Shown here piece by piece: positions 24,532-35,943 of a DNA stretch of 64,000 nucleotides. Within the stretch, counting starts at the first letter, position 1, and the number at the start of each line of letters is the position of its first letter. Under the pieces are notes generated by a model. That model was not told where the DNA came from. It made no database searches and saw only the letters and a list, made by a program, of their open reading frames with translations. The position numbers were made by a program, and so were the translations under genes. The stretch is taken from positions 62,001 to 126,000 of the IMG/VR virus record IMGVR_UViG_3300046703_000335, one strand, 5' to 3'.

Positions 24532-25794
24532 TTATCGATTCATTCGTGCCAGCTCATCAGCGACACTTTTTAATTTTTTACCAGCTTTTGTGTGCTGCTC
24601 TGATTCTTCATATAAGTCCTTTGCAACTCCACTAGACCCCCCACTATATCCTCCCGTAGACCCGCCAATTCCTCCCTGGGACATGCTCATCGCTGCATCC
24701 TCTTCCATAGAGGCTTCCTCTTCGATGTATCCTGCAAGAACTTTTCGAGCCATACGTTTAATCTTATACTTATTTGAGGAAAATCTTTCATTATTTGTCA
24801 TAGGACTCCCCGTTGGTTTATCTAACTCATCCCCACGTACTCTGTCTTTACTCTGTTCATCTACAGGTTCAAAAGGAGATTTTTCAGTAGGAGGTTGTTG
24901 ATCTGCTTTATCTTTTAAAGAAGGCTGTTGAGGCTGCTCTTTTTGCTGAATATCCTGAAGATATGGTCCTACTATCTTATTAAAATAGTTAGGACCTCCC
25001 ATATAATGACCCCCTGGTACACCATCTGTTTTTGGGATACTATGATCAGGATAAACTAATTGATTTAAACTTAAAGACCAAATTCTAAATTCATCAAATA
25101 TCCCAAAGAAACTTTGATAATTCAAAGGGGGGAATTGCCCTCTTGATGGCACCCCGCCATTCAAAAGGATATTAACGGTATTACTAGGGGGTTCCTTCAC
25201 ATTACAATATACTGATTCACCTGAATTATCTATAGAAATAACATTAGAATTGCTGCCAGGAAAAAGATCAATATCCTTCTCAAATACTTCTGGTGTAACA
25301 TTGGAACTCTTAGGATATATATTAGCAGTACCTTCACTTTTTGTCCCATCCGGATTTAGCATTACTTCGTATACCACTAAGGATTTTCCATCCTGAGAAT
25401 ACTGTGTTGTAGATATGACTACTTTAAGCCAAATAAAATAATCCGCAAAATATTTACCGTGATTACCACCCTTAAGACTATTAACAAGACTGATTCTTTT
25501 ATCATTATTGCTATTATCTTCTAATATGCTTGTGATACCCTTAAAATTTATGCTATTTGAAGGAAGAGCATTGTAGTAATAATATCTTTTTCTTGTGACC
25601 GGTTTATCTACATTCATATCTGGAGCCGGGGAAAGTGAATCCTGTGCAGGAGTCCCAGGGGATTGAGGAGAAATTCCTGATGCAGGAACCGGAGCACTTT
25701 GAGGAGACACTTCTTTTCCCGCTACTACATTTCTTAAAACGTTATTTAAAATTTTTCTATTCAGCATGCTATCCTCTAATGATTGGTCTACCAA
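24532..25794 (-). CDS. hypothetical protein, possibly internal virion protein
   Basis: 420 aa; low-complexity Pro/Gln/Gly tracts; LRNVVA and MARKVLA motifs. Confidence 0.65.
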   Translation of the reverse strand: MVDQSLEDSMLNRKILNNVLRNVVAGKEVSPQSAPVPASGISPQSPGTPAQDSLSPAPDMNVDKPVTRKRYYYYNALPSNSINFKGITSILEDNSNNDKRISLVNSLKGGNHGKYFADYFIWLKVVISTTQYSQDGKSLVVYEVMLNPDGTKSEGTANIYPKSSNVTPEVFEKDIDLFPGSNSNVISIDNSGESVYCNVKEPPSNTVNILLNGGVPSRGQFPPLNYQSFFGIFDEFRIWSLSLNQLVYPDHSIPKTDGVPGGHYMGGPNYFNKIVGPYLQDIQQKEQPQQPSLKDKADQQPPTEKSPFEPVDEQSKDRVRGDELDKPTGSPMTNNERFSSNKYKIKRMARKVLAGYIEEEASMEEDAAMSMSQGGIGGSTGGYSGGSSGVAKDLYEESEQHTKAGKKLKSVADELARMNR

Positions 25795-28700
25795 TCAGCT
25801 CAAAAATATCAACGACATCTTTATCCGAAAATGGGTTCAAATAATTCCGATTACTATCTATTGTTTCACCAGCTATAACCATAAGATATATCTTACCCAA
25901 AAGATCAGGGTTATTATGATACCCCATACCTGATCTCATAAATATATAAAATTGATATACTTTTTTATTATGCCCAGTAGGCACAGTATATGTTTCAGGG
26001 TAAGTCAAATAAGGTCTTCCTTCACCTACCTTAAATGCTGGATTTCCACCCGTAGACATCTTAAAGTCATTTCTACCGCGCTTTGCATCCGTACCCTGCC
26101 CCAAGATATAATCATTTGTGAAAGCATTCAAAGGATCTTGAAGTTTATTTCTAACTGAGACCATTACTATATCACTTGGGCCCCCGGAATACTCCAGAGC
26201 ATCAGAATAACAGGTATAATCCAGGATATCCCCCGCCAAACTTGGACTGAATGCAGGGAGACGGTCTACTATATTTGATATTATAGAATTAGGGATATCA
26301 TATCGAGTTATCTCATACGCAGTACCACTTTCTTCCCCTATCTCAACTACACCTTTATATAGCTCTGAAATTTGTAATAGTTCATCTTCTACATATATAA
26401 TTCTATAATAAGAGGAGGTATCATCTTTTCGAATATAATCCCCGACCTGCACATAAGAACTCCATAGGGTATTTACTCCGGATATTGTTCGAGCATTTTG
26501 CACGAAAATAGCGAGACCACTATTATATACATAATTGGTTATTGCCCCCGACCCAGAAGAAGATACTATAGCTGAACCTTCTCCAATAATCTTACCATAA
26601 ACATTATACCCAGAAGGAGTATAATCTATTGTATTAAGAATTCCCTGATATGGAATAGTCTTGTAATAAAAATTATAAGGCATTTCAGTAGAAGCCACAT
26701 AACTTTGAACAAATACGGGTACTTTAATAGGACCAGTATAACTCGCTATTTCTATTTTTATTTTTGTAGGAAGCCAATCGTTGGTATAATCAGAACCTTC
26801 TAAGACTGGTAGCATATCATTTATACCAGGATCGATAGTTAGCATATCCCCCGAGCTATTAAATACAAAGGGTAATCCTAATATATAGTCGATGGGGGAA
26901 GCACCTACGACAGATGATACTGTAGCTATTTTTATAATAGGTTTATTACCGGTATCGATTGTATATTTACCGGATATTAGTGTTGCATCTACCATTATCA
27001 TCTCATATGTATCAACAATTCCTCTACCCTGTTTTGACATATCAAACATCTTAAGGGATTCAGATACCGAATAAGTCTCAACAGCGCTACCTGTATAAAG
27101 TCTTATTATTACTGGATGTTGAGGTTGAGATAGCAATGAATTTATAGTAATAATGCATGAGCTACTGGTTAAGTTAACATTAAATGACGTCAAGTCTGAT
27201 AAAGCTGGAGAAATATCTACAGATTTTACTCCGAGAATATAATATTGATTATACTTATAATTTGTTAAGGGGAGATTCACAATCCCACTTATAGCTGTTC
27301 GAGTCAAAACAAGTTCATGACCTATATCTGAGTTTTCTGTATAATTTCCGCCACAAAAATGCACCCTATCTGACATATTAATATCACCTGGGTACCCTAT
27401 CTCACCAGAACTCGCCCCAAAATTAAGAAGCTCTCCTGCGTTATTAAACTTCAAATAGACATCATTATCTCTTGTAGCTATTGCTAAAGAGTCATTTTTA
27501 TTTATCTCGATAAATTCTTTGGGGATATCACCGAAGCCACTTGATGAAGAATGATACTTAAAAGTAAATCCCATATACAGATCATAATTAGTACCCACTA
27601 TAGAGCTATCTCCTGCTATAGTGATATTAATGCCATCAGTAGTAACCCCAGTAACAGTGCCGTATGTATGTGAATAAAAACCCTCAACAGAGACTATTTC
27701 TCCAGCAGGAAATATTACTCTTGATGCTATAGTAAAAGTCCCTGCTACCCAAGTCCCTATATTCGATATCTGAACAACATTATTATTATGAATAACTTCT
27801 GAGTTGCAAAAAGCTCGACGTTTAAAAATGTTATTCTGGGTATTAGACCCTACACCAATATCCGGGATATTATCCCCGCTTGGGCTATTGAGTCGTTCTA
27901 ACTTCATTAGTGTATTTCCACCAGAACAGGCATTAACAGAACTACCCGTATACTTTTTGTATGTAGTGGTGAGCTCTCCTGCCAATAATTTACTAATCGT
28001 AGAATCTACCACGTTTTTAATATCATCAGAAATCATAACACGATGCCGGACATCTACGATATCATCTTTATAGATGATATCTGCTATTTTATTATCAGGA
28101 CGATCAGATCGATACCCTCCAAGATTCATTTCTTTTGTAACCATCGTATTATTGATGGTAGTAGCAATAAACCTACTATCTGAAAGAGCTCTTCTATACA
28201 CTATAAACATAGGAATAGCATACACATACCCATCGACAGTATTCAGATAACTTATACTCTCATCTGAGCCATCTCCCGCCACGTATAGACCGGGATCTGA
28301 TGGACCAAACTTATGAAAGCTACTAAGAAGAGCAAGGTTAGTTCTTCCTCCGATAGGGATGATACCAGGATTATCCAAGATTTCTTTAGTACAATCAGAT
28401 AAACCAGACACTTTTACAGATCTTATACGGTATTGAATTTGAACACGTTTAGTTGTCTCAGCACCTATAGCATCCCACTCAATCTCATTATCAGAATATG
28501 GTAGATTAACATTACCGTATTTATAAATAGGATCATTAGTCCCAACTAATTTACGCCAAACTTCAAGAAATACAAAATTATTATTTTGATTAGCAGTCTC
28601 ATCCAATAGTATTACGTTATTATCAAGAGTACTACCTGGACCGAATCCTTGTACGAGTAAAGGCCACCCATTTACAATAGCATAGTTATTATTTAATGAA

Positions 28701-28978
28701 AACAATTTGAAAGATGTGGAAGTATAATTTGATGAGCATGCAATAGACCCAGTACGGGCATTAGATTCCGGTATATCTTGCAGAATATCATCTATGTGTA
28801 GCCATCCAGATGGTAATGACATTTTGGATAGATTCTGAATTTTTTCATTACCTATTTGATTTATTAAATTCCATTCAGATGTCAGGGGAGGATGCTTATA
28901 TTGGAAAACAACATTGTCCAAGTTCCTATCCTTGACATCTAAAACACGGTTCTGTTCATTACCAAAAAAATCTGACAT
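25769..28978 (-). CDS. large tail/baseplate structural protein (paralogue of 49051-53457)
   Basis: VVFQ..PPL..EWN, VFLEVWR, ETTKRVQIQYRIR, DGYVYAIPMF, RPD....II..DDIVD.R shared with 49051-53457. Confidence 0.75.
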   Translation of the reverse strand: MSDFFGNEQNRVLDVKDRNLDNVVFQYKHPPLTSEWNLINQIGNEKIQNLSKMSLPSGWLHIDDILQDIPESNARTGSIACSSNYTSTSFKLFSLNNNYAIVNGWPLLVQGFGPGSTLDNNVILLDETANQNNNFVFLEVWRKLVGTNDPIYKYGNVNLPYSDNEIEWDAIGAETTKRVQIQYRIRSVKVSGLSDCTKEILDNPGIIPIGGRTNLALLSSFHKFGPSDPGLYVAGDGSDESISYLNTVDGYVYAIPMFIVYRRALSDSRFIATTINNTMVTKEMNLGGYRSDRPDNKIADIIYKDDIVDVRHRVMISDDIKNVVDSTISKLLAGELTTTYKKYTGSSVNACSGGNTLMKLERLNSPSGDNIPDIGVGSNTQNNIFKRRAFCNSEVIHNNNVVQISNIGTWVAGTFTIASRVIFPAGEIVSVEGFYSHTYGTVTGVTTDGINITIAGDSSIVGTNYDLYMGFTFKYHSSSSGFGDIPKEFIEINKNDSLAIATRDNDVYLKFNNAGELLNFGASSGEIGYPGDINMSDRVHFCGGNYTENSDIGHELVLTRTAISGIVNLPLTNYKYNQYYILGVKSVDISPALSDLTSFNVNLTSSSCIITINSLLSQPQHPVIIRLYTGSAVETYSVSESLKMFDMSKQGRGIVDTYEMIMVDATLISGKYTIDTGNKPIIKIATVSSVVGASPIDYILGLPFVFNSSGDMLTIDPGINDMLPVLEGSDYTNDWLPTKIKIEIASYTGPIKVPVFVQSYVASTEMPYNFYYKTIPYQGILNTIDYTPSGYNVYGKIIGEGSAIVSSSGSGAITNYVYNSGLAIFVQNARTISGVNTLWSSYVQVGDYIRKDDTSSYYRIIYVEDELLQISELYKGVVEIGEESGTAYEITRYDIPNSIISNIVDRLPAFSPSLAGDILDYTCYSDALEYSGGPSDIVMVSVRNKLQDPLNAFTNDYILGQGTDAKRGRNDFKMSTGGNPAFKVGEGRPYLTYPETYTVPTGHNKKVYQFYIFMRSGMGYHNNPDLLGKIYLMVIAGETIDSNRNYLNPFSDKDVVDIFELIGRPIIRG

Positions 28979-28980
28979 TG

Positions 28981-29952
28981 TTATTGCCGTTCTTCATTTT
29001 TAGTTATAAAGCTGTGTCTCATCATATCAAGAGGGTATAAAAGTTCTTGTTCAAAACGAGGCATCTTAAGAGCAAATAGAACAAGATTTTTATAATCCAA
29101 TTTAATATCTTCGAACATATCTGCATTTATAAACCAGTTAGCAGGATATGATGTATTCTTTTTAAATATCTCATCAATATTGACAAAATTTGATAGCATC
29201 TTTAGTACATTTGATATTATTACTTTTATTTTATCAAAACTTTGTAGAATGTTTGGGATCAGCACAGTACTTACTACTTTTTTTTCTTCATCACAAACAT
29301 CAAATAATGAGGAATTGAGCTTATGAGATAATCGATCTATAGATCTTATAATCATATTTACATAAAATTCTACTCTTTCCCAATTTTCATCTTCTGCTAC
29401 AGTACTTTTCATACTTTCAAGTATTCGCTGAGTAGGTTTAGCTCCCCACATAGTATTGACTAATCTACCACAAGATATCATCATTATATCTTCCCGGCAG
29501 ACTTTCAAAGTTTCATTTATATCATGAAGTGCCTGAGCAAATTCTTTTATTTTTGTGATAAAGTTATCTGGAGCAAATGCTTTTTCAAGATCAAGCTTTA
29601 CTGGGGTACTATCAGGAATTTCCTTAGATTGACTTATTATCCTTATTGAAGAATCTAAGTCCTTCTTTAAAGTTGAAAGTATCGTATCAGAAAATTTAAC
29701 ATCTTTTCTCATGTATGCTTGTATAGATGTTGGATTTGATATAGTAGATCCTTTAACAATAAGATCTTTTAATAAATGTGCTATCTTATCATATTCAGTA
29801 TCCACGTCACTACAATCAATTATATCATGACCATTTATAGAAATATTTGATGTTTTTCCTATAGAATTCAAAGTGTAGGAAAAATCCCCCACTTTAAATT
29901 GTGCAAGAATATTACAATTGGCAACTTTAATGTTTCTTAACAAATGCTTCAT
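28981..29952 (-). CDS. hypothetical protein
   Basis: 323 aa helical ORF in the structural operon. Confidence 0.7.
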   Translation of the reverse strand: MKHLLRNIKVANCNILAQFKVGDFSYTLNSIGKTSNISINGHDIIDCSDVDTEYDKIAHLLKDLIVKGSTISNPTSIQAYMRKDVKFSDTILSTLKKDLDSSIRIISQSKEIPDSTPVKLDLEKAFAPDNFITKIKEFAQALHDINETLKVCREDIMMISCGRLVNTMWGAKPTQRILESMKSTVAEDENWERVEFYVNMIIRSIDRLSHKLNSSLFDVCDEEKKVVSTVLIPNILQSFDKIKVIISNVLKMLSNFVNIDEIFKKNTSYPANWFINADMFEDIKLDYKNLVLFALKMPRFEQELLYPLDMMRHSFITKNEERQ

Positions 29953-29953
29953 A

Positions 29954-30541
29954 TTATGAAGTTATCCTAAAAATAACAGTAACACTCATTGTAGATGTCT
30001 TATTAATAACTGGAAAAGTTCTCCAATTAACCATAGTCCCCGATTGAATCTCCGCAGTAGCATCCCCACCAAAAAGCCCCATTTCAACTATAGGACCAAC
30101 AGCCTCACCTTCACCAAACGTAACAGCATAATCTACAATGTTCGTGTAGGCATTAGTGGGCTCACCAGTTTCCGGATGAACAAAGGTGGACATATCTATA
30201 GCTTTTCGATAAAATTCATTTTCCAAATATGTCTTTGATGTTGTAGGTGCAGGTGGGTCAAACAAATCCCATTCACCACTTCCACTACCTACTGCCAGGT
30301 ATGAGATACCATTGTTAGGCTCTGAGCTGTTTTTAAGAAGACGAGCTATAAGGATGGATGCTGTATTCACTATGATATTAGAATGGCGATAGTCATAGAT
30401 TAACTTACCATCCTGAGCCATATCATACACTTTTAGTATAAGTTCACCCTTTAACCCATGTACTACTTCTTTTTCCCTTAGAACAGGAGAAATCCTAAAC
30501 ATATTTAACATCCGTTTTGTCTTTTCCTTAAAGAAGCTCAT
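29954..30541 (-). CDS. baseplate/tail-fibre attachment-type structural protein
   Basis: NIIVN...ISYLAVGSG...LENEFYRK...EAVGPIVEMGLFGG...RTFPVINK, a pattern typical of myovirus baseplate/fibre proteins. Confidence 0.7.
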   Translation of the reverse strand: MSFFKEKTKRMLNMFRISPVLREKEVVHGLKGELILKVYDMAQDGKLIYDYRHSNIIVNTASILIARLLKNSSEPNNGISYLAVGSGSGEWDLFDPPAPTTSKTYLENEFYRKAIDMSTFVHPETGEPTNAYTNIVDYAVTFGEGEAVGPIVEMGLFGGDATAEIQSGTMVNWRTFPVINKTSTMSVTVIFRITS

Positions 30542-30593
30542 AAAAAATCCTTCTGATATTTTATCTTAAACCTTATAGATGGTAATTAGTATC

Positions 30594-30605
30594 AAGAGAT
30601 TATTA
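30594..30605 (-). promoter_or_regulatory. putative late promoter motif TAATAATCTCTT
   Basis: Exact repeat of the motif in an intergenic gap before a structural gene. Confidence 0.6.
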
Positions 30606-30615
30606 ATAATAGATT

Positions 30616-33600
30616 CTATACTATTGGTATAAACTGCTGAATCTCAGTCACTCGTGATAATTCATCATGCATTAATTCCCGTATTAATAACGTATTAATC
30701 TTATAGTTAGTATCATTCAAATGATACTGTGGGCGCTCCAGCACCGGATTAGATAATCTTCGTATATCATCCAATTGATCAGCTGTAAGGAGGATGAGCC
30801 CTCCAGGGTATGAAGTAGCAAGAACACTATCCAATATAGTCTCTGTAGATGTTACTATAGTACCAGAGAAACGTAATTCACGAATAGTTAAAGCATTCAC
30901 ATCCCAGAAAGGTATAAGAATATTATCCCCTATATCATCCATCATATTAATCGGATCTTCTTGAATTAATCCAGAAGCTGTCAAATTAACTATGATAATA
31001 TCCTGATCAAAATTTCTCCATTGTACTCGGTATTCTGCCTCACTATAAGATATATAAATGCCTGTGTCACCTGAAGGAATGGTATATACATCATAACCAT
31101 CAAGAGTTCTTGGGTTAGCATACTCTACAGGACCAGTTATACCAAGATTAAGAGCTCCTACAGGACCTGTTATTCCTACTGCACCGGTATAACCCGCAGA
31201 CCGTCCTTCAGCATCTATGATATAAGATGTCTTAACGATGCCTGTTACACCTTTTGTTCTATTAGTAATATAGGTCTTACCATCTATAACAGACGGTTCT
31301 ATATCATAATAAGAAACTGCTGGATGACCAATCCATGGATTGTCAGGATTTCTTGGATATGGATCAGGATCTGGATCAATAAAATCTCTGCTATATCCAT
31401 AAGGATATATCGAAACTTGTGCTCCAGTCAATCCATAATTAAATCCTAATGCATTATTTATAAATAATTGACGATGTATATTACCATAGAGGCATCCTGT
31501 TTCACCATATCCTCCAGCAAGACCTACATCAACAGCATAAGTTTTACTACGTGTAAGAATATATTTATACTCACCTGATATACCCTTATATGGCCTACTA
31601 AACCTACCTGTCTGAAAGTCAATAATTTCAATAAGAGTACTATCAAGATCCTTATAAACAATCTGCCAATTACCTGTCGTTGTAGGACCTACCCACTCTC
31701 TGAAAGGAACATCTTTAATAGTAATTAAATCACCGATATTCAAAGATCTGAAATTCACAGTTTTACTTTTAACTATATCAGACCCGTTAATAACAAATAT
31801 ATCCCCATACCGTATTTCTGAAGGGACTTGATTGATAAAGTCAAGATAATCTGTTGTACGCATTTCACGATCGGGATAGTACTGATCGATATATGTAAAT
31901 TTAAACGGTATAGAAGTACCTGTATCATCAATTGTAGCAAGAGGGGCATCATATCCCCCATTATTTTGTTCTACTATTTTGAGATCCGAATATAAATTTA
32001 TCTTTTTTTTAGTAGTGAATTCACAAATACTATTATAATCGATTATCCCAGAATTATCTGGTTCGATAATTGAAAATGAAGCTTTAAGATCCATACCCCC
32101 ATCAAAATCAGGATCATAGGTATCTATCTCATTTGGAAGTAGAAATGTCTTATGGTGCCCATCATCCGTATAAGTCTTGGGAAAAATAGGTGTACCAGGA
32201 CTTAATGTAGTTATTGCTGGAAGATTTTTATTCAGATATTTATCATTAAGCACAACATTCTTATCTTTATCATATAGATATTCAGGGCTGTATATTAATC
32301 CATATCTATTTAAATTACTGGGTCCCTGATTAAAAGATGCTCTTCCTTTTCCTTTTTGGTAATCATTAAGTAGCATTCTCTCTGAATTAAGTACCGAAGA
32401 ATTAGAAAGACTAAAAGCTCTATATCGATAGCCTATTTTAAGTAGTTCCTCAAAATCCCAATAAGGCTGATCTGCTGCGTTAGGGTTCTGATCAACAAGT
32501 AGAGAATATCTATTTGAAGAATTGTATACCGTATCGGGGGTATATGAACTTGACCCATATAAAGAGTTATCATCTATTATAGGGGCATCAGGTACCATTA
32601 GGTAGTTTCTCTTTTGAGCTGTATAATAGTAATTAAACTTTATATAGCTATTAACCGGTAAAAGGAAATTAACTCGGATATGTCCTAATAATGGTCGAGT
32701 ATCTGTCACACCACCTGGTTGATCCACAAATCTTATTACTACATAAGAGTATTCTGCGTTAAGAATTGGAAGTCTGTTAGGAACTACACAAGTATCCTGA
32801 GCAAGATCTACTAACTCTATATAATAAATTTGGGTATTATCCAGATAATTAGGGATGGTAATTACAATTGTATCACCATTCTCAACATTCACCCAATCAG
32901 AATCAATACTTTTAAGAGTAGACTTATTAAGATTCGTATCAATATTGATTACTTTTAATGTACCAGAAGAGATTATACTACCTACTTGTACATCTACCTC
33001 ATCTGCAGTAGCAAGTTCCCCACGCTGATTAAGTACTGGGAATTTATCCATTTGATAATCAAGATCATCACCATACAAGGTATTATTTGACACATCAAAT
33101 GGCCATGATAGTCTTGGGACAACAGAACTTGTTCCTATAACTGTGAAGATACCCGGAAGATTACCCGGTGTAGGATTTGGAATTTCATTCCTTATTTGCC
33201 TGAGATAATAAACTTGTTCTGGATATCTCTTTGCAAAATAATAGTCTATTCTTAGATGACTATCAAATGGCGGTATAAAATTTAATCCTACAATACCTCC
33301 CCAAGGATCAAGAAACGTTACTGCATTGTGTATTGTCTTACCATTTAAATATACCACGATATCTGAAATTACTGCGGGGCTACCACTACTACCAAGCATG
33401 GGCAATAAAGGCATAATAAAGGTATTTGGGTCTGAGGATAGATAATACCATCCTCCTACATCAAAAGCTCCTTCAGGAGGATCTATAACCTCAAATTCAT
33501 GGGTTATATTAAAAAAACCAGAAGTTAATTGAACATCAGGCCATGTATAATATTTTCTGGAATCTTCATAATAGTTACTTAAAACGCAATTAGCTCTTTG

Positions 33601-35262
33601 ATCACATAACTCTGTTTGAGTATCTATAGCTTGTACGATCGATTCTGAAGAATCTTTTACAAGTTCTCCTGTCCTGTTTATTGCTATATTATAGTCTGCC
33701 CCAGGAGCCTGTATACCTGTATACCCAAATTCATTAATAAATACTTGTGTTGCTTCATTAATAGTCAGAGATCTTTCCGGATCATTTATTTGAAATTGCT
33801 CTGTAAATTTACCATTAATAGAAAGGCTGTACTTATGAATATTGACATTTTTATAACTTATAGAATTTTCTTTTTTATAGAACTTTGAGGTTATATTTTT
33901 TACTACTGCTATCCCATTTTCTATAATAATATTATACCCCTCAGTGTAACCATCAGGGATAGCTTTTTCTTTTTTTACATATTCCTGAAAAGATGGCTTA
34001 GCTATAATATTCGAATCAAATTGCTTAAAATAATTCTGAGTTACTTCTTTAGGAATCACATAGAATTGAAAACTTTTAGTATACTTTTCTGCTTTAAAAG
34101 CTAATTCATTCCCTATTATTAAATCCTCTATCTCTACCCTATATTCGCCAGTATAGTCTCGAGTATATGCAAGGGTATTATCATTGTAAACTATAAGACT
34201 ACCATCAGTTAATACAATAATTTCTTCATCGAGAAAGATATCCGCTATAAAACCTGAATATCCCCAAGTAGAATCAATAATATCTGATGATACTGAAGAA
34301 TCTTTTACAGCATAATATCTTATATCATCCCCTATTGCGAAAATTTCTGGGGAAACAGGTTTATCGCCATCCTCATCCCGAATATATAAGAGAGTAGAAG
34401 AATTGTACACAAGGATAGTGCCATCAGTAAGATAGAATATCCCCGCTTCAAGATCGATTGCTGAAATAATCCCTGAAATCCACGTCTCTTCTGGGTCATC
34501 CTGAGCATATTTATATATTTTTTTTCCGAGATATGTGATCCGATAAATAAGGGATGTTCCATATACTTCATATTCCATATTTTGAGTTATATATGATGGC
34601 TTACATTTGCCAGTTCTATTAGCGAATTCATCTGTCCAAATCAATCGGGTATCATAGATGACATGAGCAGGCTTTATCAGATCAATAAAAAATTTTATAT
34701 CCTCAAGCATGACTCCAACGGTATTTGAAGATTCTGCTTCATCCATAAGAATATCAAAGAACATTTTATGGGTATCTTTAAGAGTATATGCAGAACCTTC
34801 CTGTCGAAGATTGAGGTATACTTCTCTTAAAATAACCGGTAATCCTAAGATGTCTGAAACCGATGATTCTATATTATCTTTACGACTACCTTTAAAAAAA
34901 GCATTTCTTATTTTTATCAAAAAATTTCTATAAGAGATATCATCAAGATTTTCATTTATGGCTCTATTACCAAGAAATAGAGAATCACCTAAAATCTGAA
35001 AAAGATACTCCGCTTTAGTTTCACTATGAAATTTGTCTTCATTAACATCTGAATTAGACATTTGTAATCGAGCAAATTCCTTAGCAACCGATCTAAAAAA
35101 TTCTCCGAGATTTGTATTCTGATTTTTTGGATAATTACTAGGCAAATTATTCAACATTCTTTGTTGAATAGATCGGGTAAGATTCAATAAATCCTTCTGA
35201 TATTCTATACCAGATTTGAACCTTTGAGCGGAAGGTTTATATACAGTTTCAAGAGATGTCAT
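30616..35262 (-). CDS. large baseplate wedge-type protein
   Basis: N-terminal LNNLPSNY...YRNFL...FIDLIKPAHV (tail protein I / wedge-like pattern); internal duplications; 1548 aa. Confidence 0.7.
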   Translation of the reverse strand: MTSLETVYKPSAQRFKSGIEYQKDLLNLTRSIQQRMLNNLPSNYPKNQNTNLGEFFRSVAKEFARLQMSNSDVNEDKFHSETKAEYLFQILGDSLFLGNRAINENLDDISYRNFLIKIRNAFFKGSRKDNIESSVSDILGLPVILREVYLNLRQEGSAYTLKDTHKMFFDILMDEAESSNTVGVMLEDIKFFIDLIKPAHVIYDTRLIWTDEFANRTGKCKPSYITQNMEYEVYGTSLIYRITYLGKKIYKYAQDDPEETWISGIISAIDLEAGIFYLTDGTILVYNSSTLLYIRDEDGDKPVSPEIFAIGDDIRYYAVKDSSVSSDIIDSTWGYSGFIADIFLDEEIIVLTDGSLIVYNDNTLAYTRDYTGEYRVEIEDLIIGNELAFKAEKYTKSFQFYVIPKEVTQNYFKQFDSNIIAKPSFQEYVKKEKAIPDGYTEGYNIIIENGIAVVKNITSKFYKKENSISYKNVNIHKYSLSINGKFTEQFQINDPERSLTINEATQVFINEFGYTGIQAPGADYNIAINRTGELVKDSSESIVQAIDTQTELCDQRANCVLSNYYEDSRKYYTWPDVQLTSGFFNITHEFEVIDPPEGAFDVGGWYYLSSDPNTFIMPLLPMLGSSGSPAVISDIVVYLNGKTIHNAVTFLDPWGGIVGLNFIPPFDSHLRIDYYFAKRYPEQVYYLRQIRNEIPNPTPGNLPGIFTVIGTSSVVPRLSWPFDVSNNTLYGDDLDYQMDKFPVLNQRGELATADEVDVQVGSIISSGTLKVINIDTNLNKSTLKSIDSDWVNVENGDTIVITIPNYLDNTQIYYIELVDLAQDTCVVPNRLPILNAEYSYVVIRFVDQPGGVTDTRPLLGHIRVNFLLPVNSYIKFNYYYTAQKRNYLMVPDAPIIDDNSLYGSSSYTPDTVYNSSNRYSLLVDQNPNAADQPYWDFEELLKIGYRYRAFSLSNSSVLNSERMLLNDYQKGKGRASFNQGPSNLNRYGLIYSPEYLYDKDKNVVLNDKYLNKNLPAITTLSPGTPIFPKTYTDDGHHKTFLLPNEIDTYDPDFDGGMDLKASFSIIEPDNSGIIDYNSICEFTTKKKINLYSDLKIVEQNNGGYDAPLATIDDTGTSIPFKFTYIDQYYPDREMRTTDYLDFINQVPSEIRYGDIFVINGSDIVKSKTVNFRSLNIGDLITIKDVPFREWVGPTTTGNWQIVYKDLDSTLIEIIDFQTGRFSRPYKGISGEYKYILTRSKTYAVDVGLAGGYGETGCLYGNIHRQLFINNALGFNYGLTGAQVSIYPYGYSRDFIDPDPDPYPRNPDNPWIGHPAVSYYDIEPSVIDGKTYITNRTKGVTGIVKTSYIIDAEGRSAGYTGAVGITGPVGALNLGITGPVEYANPRTLDGYDVYTIPSGDTGIYISYSEAEYRVQWRNFDQDIIIVNLTASGLIQEDPINMMDDIGDNILIPFWDVNALTIRELRFSGTIVTSTETILDSVLATSYPGGLILLTADQLDDIRRLSNPVLERPQYHLNDTNYKINTLLIRELMHDELSRVTEIQQFIPIV

Positions 35263-35265
35263 TCT

Positions 35266-35910
35266 TTAAAAACCTCTATCCAATAAAAATGCTGGTATTG
35301 GGTCTGCTTCAGCTCCCCGCATACCTGTAACTCCTTGTACACTAAAAGATTCTAAGCCTGTATAGCCTACCTTGCCCGTGACACCTTGAATACCCGTGAT
35401 CCCGATACTACCAGTTTCACCTATCATCCCTGTGATACCCTTATACCCTTCTTCGCCTTTATTACCTTGAGGAGTATAGTTACCATAACCATTATAAACT
35501 TCGATATCATTTTTAGTGAGGGCTTTAAATGCTTTAAGATTTGAACTACCATCCTGCTGCAGTTTTACCAATATCAGAGGCACTTTTCCAGATAAGTTAT
35601 CAAAAACTTTTACATCCCCGAAACTTTTTTTATTATAGGTGATGCTGGGTAAAACTTCTAACTGTTTTGTCTTATTAAGAACTATGAGTACATAGAGGAT
35701 ATCATTATAGTTATTAAATATTCTTCTTGATGTCCCCAGAACATATTGAAGAACAAGCTGTGCTACATCTACTCTAAAGCTACTAATTACTATCCACTTA
35801 TTGTCAACAATTACAGAACCACCCTTTATAAAAACAATGTTTTCACCATGTTCTCGGGTATCTTTAAGGGACGCAGAAAAATCTTTTTGATTCTTAGATA
35901 AAAAGGTCAT
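35266..35910 (-). CDS. collagen-like (G-x-T) virion protein
   Basis: C-terminal GxxGxT repeats (GITGMIGETGSIGITG...); N-domain paralogous to 35944-36591. Confidence 0.75.
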   Translation of the reverse strand: MTFLSKNQKDFSASLKDTREHGENIVFIKGGSVIVDNKWIVISSFRVDVAQLVLQYVLGTSRRIFNNYNDILYVLIVLNKTKQLEVLPSITYNKKSFGDVKVFDNLSGKVPLILVKLQQDGSSNLKAFKALTKNDIEVYNGYGNYTPQGNKGEEGYKGITGMIGETGSIGITGIQGVTGKVGYTGLESFSVQGVTGMRGAEADPIPAFLLDRGF

Positions 35911-35927
35911 GTTAAGTATAAGTTATT

Positions 35928-35939
35928 AAGTGATTATTA
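35928..35939 (-). promoter_or_regulatory. putative late promoter motif TAATAATCACTT
   Basis: One mismatch to the motif; intergenic. Confidence 0.5.
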
Positions 35940-35943
35940 TTAT

